Below are positions 23,591-35,270 of a DNA stretch of 64,000 nucleotides, piece by piece (position 1 is the stretch's first letter; every line of letters begins with the position of its first letter). Origin of the DNA: Tubulanus polymorphus. Taxonomy: Eukaryota; Animalia; Nemertea. A program made the position numbers and the translations under genes. Under the pieces are notes generated by a model, which saw only the letters and a list, made by a program, of their open reading frames with translations, ran no database searches and was not told where the DNA came from. The stretch lies in the NCBI RefSeq assembly GCF_964204645.1, contig NC_134026.1, positions 19,626,150 to 19,690,149 on the forward strand. The letters are read 5' to 3'.

Positions 23591-25079
23591 ATAAACCGTA
23601 AAGTTTCCCAAGTCTCCGTTTCTACCTAACGCATGCGCATTAGTCAGTGCTGGAATTGCTCTTAGTCGAGAAATCGGCACATTGCGCATGCGGCACTAAA
23701 TGTGAGCTACATGTAACCTTTAATAACTAATAGTCGCTGTAGTTTCCATTAGGTTCGAATCCCGTAAAAATATTGATCTTATTTACGCTGTTCATCTTAT
23801 AAGCGGCGCTATCAGATTCGAAACCCGAAAATTACTGATCGTATTTCAAGCGTTACGACATGAACTTTGATGATTAAAGTGTCACTGGGTTATTGTTTGC
23901 CGAGTAAAAAAGTGATAGCATCCCGAATATGAAATAATGAACTTTGATAGCCCAAGGATTTACTTTTAAGTGCTATAAGGTTCGAATCCCGAATGTGTAG
24001 CAGAAAAATACATTCATCCTTTTTAATATACCGATATATATCTTAGATTCTTAGCTTATGGCAAGACCACTTGAACACCTGTCATTCCCAAAAATACAAA
24101 TGATCCTCTAAGAGGATCATGAAGAGTCTTAAGTGACCAAACAAACTGCGCCTTCCCGCTGCGCAAAAGTTCACGCAGGTTCATTCCGTTATAGTTCTAT
24201 GTTTCAGCGTTCTGACATGACCCAGTTTAGGAAAAAATACACATGTAGCGACGCATGCGCACGCGACCAATTTCTGGACTTAGAGGATTTCCCCAACACT
24301 TCCTAATGCGCATGCGTTATAAACAGAGGCTTGGGAAACTTACGGTTTTTGCGAGCGGGATATAGCCTCACCTTACCCTAACCCTATCCCTAGGGGTAAA
24401 AACGGACCCTAATCCTCACCCTAACCCTCTGGACCCTCTAGACCCTAACCCTATCGAAACCCTAACCCTACACCCAATATAATGATGTTATTGTTATATT
24501 TTATTACTATATCTTATTATATATAGCCATTGGCAAAATAGCGTTTACTAAAATAATGCCGCATTGGCAAAATATCCACTTCCTAAAGGGCATAAAGATA
24601 AAGACAAACAGTTTCAAATCGGCATCCAACTTATATGTTTAGTCACCAAATTTTTTTCTCCAATTTTCTCTTTGCTGCATGGTCAAAAAGAAAAAACATT
24701 TTTGTGCCTTCGAAAATCGAAGCCGTAGTACTTGATTATATAGGTTATTTGGTGGGTTTAAGAGGGGATAACATTATAAGCACGTCGCACATTGTATAGG
24801 ACGATACTATCGCGTGTGTACGCTAACCTGAAAACGTATTTTTCTATTATTATGCGCAGTCTCACGATAAATGATAAAAGTACGGATCTTATATGAACAT
24901 TTTGTTCTCGCGCGATCCAAGATTAAAGTTGGAGATACATGTAACTACTCACACTTAAATGATTTCCCACCCCATATTGAATACAGGGTTGTCCAAAAAT
25001 AAATTTGTCATTATTCACTAACGCGTCATATATTTTGACATACTGACGAAGCGAAGAACCCCGACATACCGACAAACCC

Positions 25080-25312
25080 GTGCGTGGATTACCCTTATAT
25101 AAAGTGACTGGGATCGAGGGGCTGTGTGATGCGTGGATTACCCTCGTATAAAGTCGCTGGGATCGAGGGGCTGGGTATGTGTGTGTGGATTAACCTGATT
25201 TAAAGTGGCTGGGATCGAGGGGCTGGGTATGTGCGTGGATTACCCTTATATGAAGTGGATAGGATCGAGGGACAGGGTTTTTTCGAGGATTACCCGTGGC
25301 TGATTCGAGGGA
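25080..25312. repeat. ~50-bp minisatellite
   Basis: 4-5 copies of GTGCGTGGATTACCCTTATATAAAGTGRCTGGGATCGAGGGGCTG. Confidence 0.8.
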
Positions 25313-26038
25313 CCATGGGTATGTTGGTTTGTCAGTATGTAAGTAGAAAACTGAGTGCGCAGCCGAATTACTCCTTTTTTGAAACAGCTGTTCAAGAAAT
25401 GGTCTGTGCATCTTGTGAATATCATAACGACGATTATAAGACAGAATATGATAAATCAAAACGATTAGCTGAAGAGAGTAAGTTCATTTGTCACATCAAT
25501 ACATCTTATGTCTATTTCAACTTGACTTGACAGCACATTTGGTGGGCTACAGTCAGTTTCGGTTATACATGACAAAACGGTATAATATATGGTTATGTCT
25601 GTATTTTTACCAAGTACCGGTAATATCTTTTCATGATGACCTATGTATAGTATATTTTACCACACTTTTAGTTGATGAATCGTGACGCTTTGACAAACTG
25701 CGTCCCAGGATTTATGACGGGGTTGCTTATCTAACCAACTTTTGAGCAACTGGCCCCTGGGAGGTCGTAATAGGACTCCAGGACAAGACTTGTCTGGCAG
25801 TTGAACTAAAACAAGGTTTTTTAATCCATTTTACACTATATTGAAGGATTGCAAATAGTCTTCATTGAATACAGGATTGAATAAAGAAAAGTGACTCGAT
25901 TTAAATGTTTAACGTTAAATGTCTTATACATAACATAATTTTTGATAATTTGAAAAAACTTCATGAAGATTTAGGGAAGAATTTAGGGGAGTGTTGCTGA
26001 TGTCGCCATAGTGTAAAATGTTTTGTTATTTGATTCAG

Positions 26039-26495
26039 GTGGTTTTATATCTAACGCCGCAAACGAGACCGGCAGAGAGCTTTTTATTTGATTCAAAAGA
26101 TGCAACAGGTGCGATAGCCAAGCCAAAACCTGAATTGCACGAATTTTACTATAAGAACATACTGAACGTAACGTGTCCTGAAGGTTATCGATGCGGGCAA
26201 GTCAAGATGAGCTTGTTTAATTGCCCCCAGCGAAGTTAGTCGCTGAATCACCGGTTTTGAAACTCACGTCCGTTTTTTTTTTTATTTTAGAAAGTACATT
26301 ACACAGATAAAGCATTAAGTTGAGGTTGCTTCAAGGATTGCAGCAAGGAATTTAAATCAATCAGGAGAAGTGGACTCGGCCCTAATGTATTGCTGCACAT
26401 CTGATTACGACTACTGTAACAGTGCTGCTATTTACAGGATAAATATGATGCTAATAGTTATGGTTGTTTTTGGTGTTTGGTGGTTTAAGTTAAAT
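26039..26495 (+). pseudogene. Probable Ly6/three-finger-like (GPI-anchored) gene remnant
   Basis: Exon-like segments after TTCAG (26038) and TTTTAG (26290): ...VTCPEGYRCGQ; KALS*GCFKDC, then a frame shift to MYCCTSDYDYCNSA plus a hydrophobic tail. CC-x-D-x-CN-like terminus. Confidence 0.45.
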
Positions 26496-28588
26496 TCGCT
26501 TTGTAAGGCTAGAACTATTTTACTTTTAAACAAATTCACCTCTCACCGTGATTACGCTTATAGGTTACTACCTTAGAATATAGAGAGCATTGTGTAAAAC
26601 ATTTCGCATGTTAAATACAAATTTGTATGGCATTGGGAATGGAATCTGGGACTTACAAAACGGGGAAATCTGTGAAAAAAATAATTACGTACTACCATAG
26701 AAAATAATTACAGAAATAACTGGTTAACTATGTCCAATGTGTTCAAGAGAAAAGTCGCAGAAAAGAAATGTACATAGATTCACCTAAATGGAATAAGATT
26801 TTGAAAGCGGCAGTTCTAAGAATAAGATAATATAAAGCGGAATTTGTTATATACAAATTGTTCCAATTTTTTACTTGCTGTGAATACCTATCAAAATTCC
26901 AATAATGAGAGGCGTTTGCGGTTATCTAAGATATGACGTTGCAAAACTGTTGACGTTGAATATCATTGTGTCCATAATGAAATAACATTTTTGAAATTTG
27001 ATATTTAACTCTATTTCATGCAGCTAATCTTTGGAAAAATTTAAATCTCTTGACCAAAATTGCTAAATGTGTGAATGCTACGTTCAAAACCATGTTGTGA
27101 TTATTTTGTTGTAGTAGTATTTTCTACATGTATTTGATTTATCATTTGTTAGAAAATGTAAATAGGTGTGAAAATTTTACAAAACTGATGCGCAATAGGT
27201 TATATCAATAACATTCTATGTGATAATGTTAATTTTCTTTTGTTTGATTTTATAGTAAATACTGTAATCCTCTATGTACCACTAAGTGTGGTTAGAGTGT
27301 AATAAATCTTATCTAATCATTCTTATCATTTTTTTCAAGATGATTATCTTCCCTATTGGACGCGATCGATTTCAAATCAACAAGTGTTAAAAATGAATAC
27401 TGCTGATAGGCTGATTAGATTAAGATTAGATTGAAAACTTCAGAAATGTAGATTGAAATATGTAACAATTGCGAACTTTTGGATGGAATGAGCAATAATT
27501 TAAGTTGAATTATCGGGAAGACGATTTCAATGTTTATCACTTCACCAGCGTGCATTGTTGCATTAACTTTATAAATGAGTGATATCATAAAAAGGTTAAT
27601 GATCAGCTGAGTTCATCGATATTTTTACTTTGTTTCTATCTTAATCCGATCCAGAGATATAAACGAAATAATAAAATTAAACGGGGGAAAAATAGGGACA
27701 AAAAATTCAACAATGTGGACCTGGCGGGTACCCAAAAAATGGTTAAAAAGCTTATTCTAGGTAATGAGGATTTTGTTTATAAAACCATAGTGAAGCTTAT
27801 CAACCCCAATCGTCGTTTAAAACTTACTTCTTAATCATTTGGGTTCCTTGTAAATATGTATAGTACATGCTTTTATCTTACATAACACATATGCTGTGTA
27901 CAGATGTTGTTTTCTTTTTTCTTTGTCAAATATTGTTTGATCTATATTCTATGTTAAGTTTTGAAATTGTGTATACTTCTTGATGTTCCTGTGCAAACCT
28001 CTCGTTGAGGTGTTGAGTGTAAATAAATTTCAATTTCGATATTCATATTCAAATGATAGATCTACTAGTCCCTTGCTGTAATTTATTTCAAAAGTTTTGA
28101 TGATGGCAGTTTATCATAAACCTGGACACATCAATCTATGGAAATTCTAGGACATTTAGAAAAAATTAAAACAAACATACATATACTCAGCGACCACTCG
28201 CAATAGAAAGATTTTAAGATAGATAATTATCCGTAAACATGTTAAAGTCAAAGAAAATAAAGATAATATGAAATATGAAAGCAATATTTATCTGCAGCTT
28301 GATGACAAATGGGGAGCCGCGCTTAGAGTGACCAGTAGATGTTATTAAAATCAAATTCATACCGCAGAGTACGATTTCGAGGATCTGGAACTAGTTCCAT
28401 ACGTCACACAGGTATAGTCCGTGCCATTCGCTTCCATTGGATGAAAAAAGAAGTAAAAGTTATGCATAAATTTAACGTAGTTTCTCAAAAACATTTTTTT
28501 CGTATAGATGCTGCGACAAAAGATATTAAAAATATAAATGGATCACGACACTTAGTGACGGTTGGACGATTGATAATCGCATTTTGAA

Positions 28589-29704
28589 CTAAGCGCAATA
28601 ATGCAAGCGAAATAATTTACTGCCCGCTTTTCTGAAAATATTATTGGTGGCGCAATAAATGATGAAGTTGAGCGACGAGTCAACACAGCTAAGCAAAATG
28701 CCAACTTTTCTCATAACCATCGAATGGTCACCACTGATGTTGACCCTTATACCAAAAGCCATCAAGACGAAGTAAAAAAGTCTGTCTAACCCGGCCGGAA
28801 TCTCACAAACGAAGAATACGAGAACGATGGATAAGACCATTTTCAAGATTTTCGCCTCGTGTGTCGAGTGAGACCCGCTTTCTTTTGAAACGTCGTGCGC
28901 TGACAACATTTGACGCCGTTTCGCCGATCGATGGCGTAGAATGAACGACAGTAAAACGATGTTCACAATGACTAACGAAAACAGCGGTACTATGACCGTC
29001 ATATACAAGTACGTGAGACCAGTAAAATGTGTCGCCACTGCTGGATTATAATTAAATATGGTGCGGGTCGTTTTGGCACCGAATGCACCCATTGTGAAAA
29101 CGAGTAGCCCATTTCGATTGTTACCAAAACAAGGCGACGTTGCTGGCCCCGGTAAAGTAAGAGGAAAGAAATATGGCCAGTTGCAAAAAACAGAAAATAT
29201 AAATATGAACACAGTGACACCTATGAGCTGTTTCTTGCCCCAGAAACGCTTATAATAAAGTGGACTCATCACGACGAACAACCTCTCTAAGTTGATGATC
29301 ACTACCGCCCAGTTACGGGACATCTGGAAAACGAAGAATAATGGCATTGCCCAAACAATGAGCTCGTGGCCGAAATACCAATCATCGTAGCCAAACATCA
29401 AATCATAGTTTATAACCGCCAACAGGATCATGATACGGAACGGGTACATGATGAACACCGTGATCACAAACAAAAGGTCGAACCAAGCCAGGATAATAAT
29501 GGAACGATAGCTAGCGACTCCCATTTTGTTAAACACTATGATTGTTACGATGTTGAGAAATATTCCGATGGTAGCAGCAGGAAAATAAGTGCCCAAGTAC
29601 AAATAGACGCTAAACGCGTAATCCCACCTATATGGCGGGTACTTGCACACAGGTTCGGAAAGGCGAGTTGTCGAAAACACTCCAGTGTCATTCAGCAGAG
29701 TCAT
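28589..29704 (-). CDS. Intronless rhodopsin-class (peptide/FMRFamide-receptor-like or chemosensory) GPCR, 371 aa
   Basis: Seven hydrophobic segments; GIFLN (TM1), LAWFD (TM2), NLER (DRY-equivalent), CEIP (TM6), SSLNFIIYC (TM7), FRK helix 8. Confidence 0.92.
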   Translation of the reverse strand: MTLLNDTGVFSTTRLSEPVCKYPPYRWDYAFSVYLYLGTYFPAATIGIFLNIVTIIVFNKMGVASYRSIIILAWFDLLFVITVFIMYPFRIMILLAVINYDLMFGYDDWYFGHELIVWAMPLFFVFQMSRNWAVVIINLERLFVVMSPLYYKRFWGKKQLIGVTVFIFIFSVFCNWPYFFPLTLPGPATSPCFGNNRNGLLVFTMGAFGAKTTRTIFNYNPAVATHFTGLTYLYMTVIVPLFSLVIVNIVLLSFILRHRSAKRRQMLSAHDVSKESGSHSTHEAKILKMVLSIVLVFFVCEIPAGLDRLFYFVLMAFGIRVNISGDHSMVMRKVGILLSCVDSSLNFIIYCATNNIFRKAGSKLFRLHYCA

Positions 29705-30279
29705 TATCTAAATTCAGGTTTCCCCAAAGGTTCACTGGGCGGCAAAGCTAATCAATTTTCCCGAGCAGTTCGGCACCAGTACATTTCCAAACAATCCTGT
29801 GTTGTATAGCTTGCTTTGCGTCGTTCGGATCTTGGCTTCCTAAGACTATTGAAACACGGCAGGGAGCGGCGTTCGAAATGTTGCCTCACTCCGTAAGGGG
29901 CCAACAAAACTCGAACCCGCTTGCACTCACGAATCAATGTAACGAACAGTGTCGTGGTGCACTGAACAATACCTGCGAGAGATGATTGCTAGCTAGGATA
30001 TACTGGTATCTCGGCTTAGTTGAAGAAAAGCTGCAAATACAGTATGTAATTTCAGTGTAACATGCCCGCAGGTAGTCAGTAACCTGTCTGGTTTAGTTTC
30101 GCAATCGGATATTTTCACAAACCATAGTCAGGAATAGGAAGATCATTTTCAATGACATTTTCAGTAGATTTTACTCCCGAGTAAAATTCACCTGTCATTT
30201 CATAGTATTTTAAGATATCCGTCTAATTCTTGTTGTAATCCACGCACAACGATTCCATCGTTTGTTCGATACATGACTT

Positions 30280-30912
30280 GATTTGATTTATTTTGCATGA
30301 ATAATTGGTACAGAGATTATAACATGACATAATAGTCATTATAGTCAGTGTAACAATAATTCATGCGAGGAATTGAAGAAAAGCCAGTAAGGCTTATACT
30401 AGTCTAAAAAATCCCTCACCACATACACTCACATTCTCGCACTTATACATACACCACGCATACGTTACTAGAGACACTCTTAAAGGTATGAATATAAATC
30501 AGACTTGAAGTCACATCACACAATTAAGGTTATATAGTAATAATTAGACAAGAGCAGACTTCTGAGACTGTTCCGAAATATATTTAAATGGGGCTCATTT
30601 TTCAATTCAGATGGTAGATTGTTCCAGTATTTTACACCTTGAATTTTAATGCTTCTAGATTGAATATTAGATTTAGAAAATTCGATGAAAAGATCATTGA
30701 TTCTGCGCGTGTTGCGCCAATTAGGCCTGGAACACCGAAAAATGAAGAAGTCTTCGAAGGTCGGGTAACAAATTAATATTATAAAATTTACAGAACGTGA
30801 AATTTCGAAGCTGATGTTTGTAAATATCACATGATTTCAGGATTTTGAGTCTTTTGAAAATTGGCGACGTGTGTTCTAACCAGTCAGAGCGCGTTATAGT
30901 GCGTATTGCTCT
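30280..30912 (-). mobile_element. LINE (CR1/L2/Crack-like) 3' fragment
   Basis: Frameshifted RT C-terminal motifs HTSPIFKRLKILK and GVKYWNNLP..LK; microsatellite-like tail (TTGAT)n on the plus strand near 30278. Confidence 0.7.
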
Positions 30913-31028
30913 CATACCAGAGGTCGAGTGGTCGAGCTCGCAAAAGCTCACTCTCCCTCTCAACCTCTGATATGAAACAAGACTTTCCCTATTACTTCTA
31001 ATAATTTCATAAAAATGAACATTATTTA

Positions 31029-31192
31029 GGGATCATTCATTTATTCGTATGCAAAAGATTTGAATTTTTCAACCCCTCCCCCCCCCTCTGTACGCAAAAT
31101 CGGCCATTTCTTTGTATACATTAAGCATTACAGTACGCAATTGCACTGACCCCTCCCCTCCCCTAATGCGTACGTTATAAATGAATGACCCC
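31029..31192. mobile_element. Tourist/Harbinger-like MITE
   Basis: TTA|GGGATCATTCATTTATTCGTA...TACGTTATAAATGAATGACCCC|TTA. Confidence 0.7.
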
Positions 31193-31199
31193 TTATATG

Positions 31200-34100
31200 A
31201 ATTTCATAGATTTCGAATTTAAAAAAAATGTCGAATAGATGGACAATTAAAAGAATATAAAAAGTAATTTACGATTCTTGATTTACAAACATTAAAGTGT
31301 GAGTAAAGTGTGAGAAATAATTCATATTTTAAGATTGAACATTTATATTTGAATGACTTAGATTCATTTTAATAAAAATTTTGTTATAAAAATGAAGAAA
31401 GAAGAAGAAGAACCGAAATTCAAAATCGAAATCAAAGAAACCAATGAATTATTTTCACTGTTAAACATCAAAGATTATATCAAATTTAGAGTATGGAAGA
31501 CAATATGAAATCGATAATATTACTACAATTAATCAAATTATATCAAAAGAAACATATTTAATTACTGAACTTATATACTTTTGACAATGTAATAAAAAAT
31601 CCTAAAGTATTCAATACAGTTTTAAATTGTAAAGGGAATTTAGATGAAAAGATTATACATATTCTTGAATCTCCTTTTAATGAAAGAAATGATGATTTAA
31701 TACTTTCTAAATATTACAATGATATAATAAACTTAAGAATTGAAAAACGACAATAGTATTATTTCAATTTTAATAATTTTATCCACGAAATATGATATTA
31801 TGAAAATTCATCAAATATTGGAATTCAATGTGAATTAGATAATAATAATTCTAAAAAAGATATTGGAATTCAATGTAATTTATGATGAATTTAGAAAATT
31901 CAATCATAATGAAAAAGTGTATTGTTATTGTGGCGGCAAATTTATTTTTATATCAAATAAAAGAGGCACATAATCATATTCATATTAATATTCAAATTTA
32001 TTTTTATATAAAAAGGAGTCATATTCATATTAATATTCATATGAATATATAAAATAAATAAGAGACATATTCATATTCATATTCATAGTTATATAAAAAA
32101 GAAATGAGAGTATTTTTATATAAAATATATATGAATAGGAATATGAATATGAATATGAATATGTCTCTCGTTTCTTTTTTATATTACTATGAATATGAAT
32201 ATGAATATGAATATGAATATGTCTCTTATTTATTTTATATATTCATATGAATATGACTCTTTTATATAAAAATAAATATGAATATATTATGAATATGAAT
32301 ATGTGCTTCTTTTATTTGATATAAAAATGAATATGAATATTAATATGAATATGAATATAATGCCCCTTGTGTCTGTATGTCTTTAGTACTTTTAGTACAT
32401 AAAGAATATATCTTTATATTATTAGTAGTTGAAAAATAAAAATCTATGTACTAATAAAATAAACATATATTCTTTATGTACTAAAAGTACTAAAGACAAT
32501 AAAGACACAGGGGGTATTAATTGAAATATTCTCTATGTCTACACAGATTTATCATATTCATTTTTTTAACTAATATATTTTATATTTTCAGCTAATATAA
32601 TTTATATTTCATATATTATATTTTTATATTTTCATTTTATATTTCAACACTGGATTGGAATTATGATATTTTATTTTCATAGTACTATATAAAATCTATC
32701 AGATGAATATCATATTCTTTATTCAGCACTAGAATATGATATAATTCTTTACGCAGCAATAGTTATTGTTTCTATTTGCTATAATATTCTAAATAGATTC
32801 AATAAGAAAAACAATAGAATTATATAGGTTAGTATTATTTAGTCAAAGTTAAAGAAACTTATTATAATTCTTATTGAATCTATTCAATTCTTGTTTACTT
32901 TAAATTTCTTAACATTTGACTAGAATTCAACTAGAAAAACTTTACCTTGAATAGGTTAGTATCACTCTTGTATTATTCTAGTATGTGTAAAGAATAAAAA
33001 TATCATGTATGAATAACTTTTAAAAAATTAATTTGAATTATATAATTTTTCATTAAGTTCATGAATGTATTTATGATTTCTCAAACTCTTTTTATTTTTT
33101 CTAAGTACTAATAGAATAAAGATTTATTTTTTATGTCCTAGAAGTACTAAGACTATTCAAGACAATTAAGACACAAGGGGTATTAATTGAAATATCATTA
33201 AAAAACTTAATTTGAATTATATAATTTTTCATTAAGTTCGTGAATATATTTAGGATTTCTTAATGATTTTTCATTCTTATACTTCGTATTGCATATTTCA
33301 CAACACTTAATATTATTAATTCTATCTGAAATATAATTTATATTATCTTTTAATTTTGCAATTATCATAAAATTCCAATAACTGTTTTATACTATAAAAT
33401 GAAAAAGAAACTAATCCTGTAAGCATAATAATTGATTTAATATTCTGTCGATTATTGTTTATTAGATGTAATATTTCTAATTCCTTACTGTCACTCATTT
33501 TTATAGTTAAAATATATAAAATAAATTAAATTAAAAGATTCTGTCTTAATCCTCTAAATCATTTTCTAAAGTTTATTTTTTATTCTTTTTATTTCTATAA
33601 TTATTCCCATTTAATTTCTTTAATTTCTTACTTAATTTCATATTTTCATTCATCAGATCTTTACTGATATTCTCATAATAAAAGTATAATGCAGCCAATA
33701 TTAACCCTCCTGCTACAAGTTAATGCTTCAAATGACCTTTTCCAATTGGAATACTGAAATCATTCTCATTCATTTATTTAAAGAAAAAAAATTAAAGTAA
33801 TTTGAAATATCTTATTTTGAATTACTCATACAGCTTAATCTTATTTCAATATAGAATTATTATTCTTTTCATAATTGATATGTTTTATTGTCTGATAATG
33901 CTTTGATTTATGTGATTTTAGATATTTGCCGCCACAATAACAAGACACTTTTTCATTAGGATTGAATTTTCTAAATTCATCATCTAAATTACATTGAATT
34001 CCGATATCTTAAAAAGAATTATTATTATCTAATTCACATTGAATTCCAATATTTGATGAATTTTCATTATAGATAATTTGTTTATTATTACAATTGAAAT

Positions 34101-34512
34101 AATATAATTCTCGTTTTTCAATTCTTAAGTTTATTATATCATTGTAATCTTTAGAAAGTATTAATTCCCCATTTCTTTCATTAAAAGGGGTTTCAAGAAT
34201 ATTTATAATTTTTTCATCTAAATTACCTTTATAATTTAAAACTGTATAAAATATTTTTGGATTTTTGATTCCATTATCTAAAGTATCTATAGGTTCAGTG
34301 ATTAGATATGTTTCTTTTGATAATATTTGATTAATATCATCGATTAGTAATATCATCGATTTTTTATTGTCTTCCATACTAAATTTGTTGCTGAGATATA
34401 ATTTATAACGTTAAATAATGAAAATAAGTTATTAGATTCATTGATTTCGATTTTGAATTTCGGTTCTTCTTCATTCTTCATATATCTTCATTTATAACAA
34501 GACTTTTATTAA
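31200..34512. other. Extremely AT-rich island with small intronless ORFs, an inverted duplication and nested palindromes; possible endogenous virus/Polinton-like relic
   Basis: 31370-31941 is an inverted copy of 33925-34511. Palindromes at 31945-32327 and 32363-32514; (ATATTC)n tracts; N/I/K-rich ORFs. Confidence 0.5.
33841..34377 (-). pseudogene. N/I/K-rich ORF with C-terminal C-x-CG...H...H zinc finger, interrupted by one TAA
   Basis: ORF 34377-34009 continues in frame past TAA as DIGIQCNLDDEFRKFNPNEKVSCYCGGKYLKSHKSKHYQTIKHINYEK...* (33841). The inverted paralog reads AAA AAA where this copy has TTT TAA. Confidence 0.6.
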
Positions 34513-34794
34513 AAGGTTCCGCAGTTAATCTTACGCTAACTATCTTATCGTTTTGTCCTTTAGTGATTGAACGGTCTCCATCAATTACACACTGATGCTT
34601 GTTTTGCAGTTTTTTCTCTTGCATTTTAAGAATGGTCAAATATTCCTGACGAATTCACTGACCGAGACTGAGTGCGCAGCTTAGAAGATGACATCATTAG
34701 CCAATCAGGTATCCCAATCAGCAGAAATGGAAAACGACGAGCTTTGTTTGAAGCAAACTGAACAAGACATGTAGTTGATTAATTTAAGGTAATT

Positions 34795-35270
34795 TATTGA
34801 TGTAAATGACAGTTGAAACTAAGTTGATAACAAAATTTTTGCTAATTGATACATACATATATATATTTTGCGAAAAGTTTGGCCAAAAAATCGATTCTTC
34901 ATATGATGTGACAACATTCACAAATAAGTACGTCCAATACGAATATATACAAAAATTTACATTTGAAAAATGGAGGGAATATGGGTGGGATAACGAATTG
35001 AAGTAGGTGAAACGAAGTATCCTACTGGTGCTTCTATGCTCTCTAGGATTGCGAGGAAATGCTCAGCCATGTTGTCAGGATAAGCGGTGGCAAAGAGCAA
35101 TTGACAACTGATAAGCATCACGTGACTCCGCGTGATCTCACGCAACATTTATTCTCTATTTTACCCGGCAATTTTTGGCCAAACTTCTCGCAAAGTATAT
35201 ACATGTATGTTTCAATTAGCAAAAATTTTATAGTTGTCAACTTAGTTTCATCTGCCATTTACATTAATAA
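34795..35270. mobile_element. MITE with ~100-bp TIRs (second copy ~49268-49736)
   Basis: TTATTGATGTAAATGACAGTTGAAACTAAGTTG...GTTTGGCCAAAAA versus TTTTTGGCCAAAC...CAACTTAGTTTCATCTGCCATTTACATTAATAA. Confidence 0.7.

Larger units (their letters stand above)
21307..24352. mobile_element. Mutator-like (MULE) MITE
   Basis: Perfect 9-bp TSD GAGCGGGAT (21298-21306, 24353-24361). TIRs GCAAAAAC[insertion]CGTAAAGTTTCCCAAG...ACGCATGCGCATTAG and CTAATGCGCATGCGTT...CTTGGGAAACTTACGGTTTTTGC. Confidence 0.75.
13990..24583. mobile_element. PIF/Harbinger-like non-autonomous DNA transposon (host of nested insertions)
   Basis: ~55-bp TIRs GGCAGTGGATATTTTGCTAATGCGGCATTATT...GCTATTTTGCCAATGG and CCATTGGCAAAATAGCG...AATAATGCCGCATTGGCAAAATATCCACTTCC. 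TAA on both sides (13987-13989, 24584-24586) is a 3-bp TSD typical of PIF/Harbinger. Confidence 0.75.

Noticed and set aside
24368-24472. Interstitial telomere
   Set aside because: A few degenerate CCCTAA units that are part of the MITE interior, also seen at 12911-12938.
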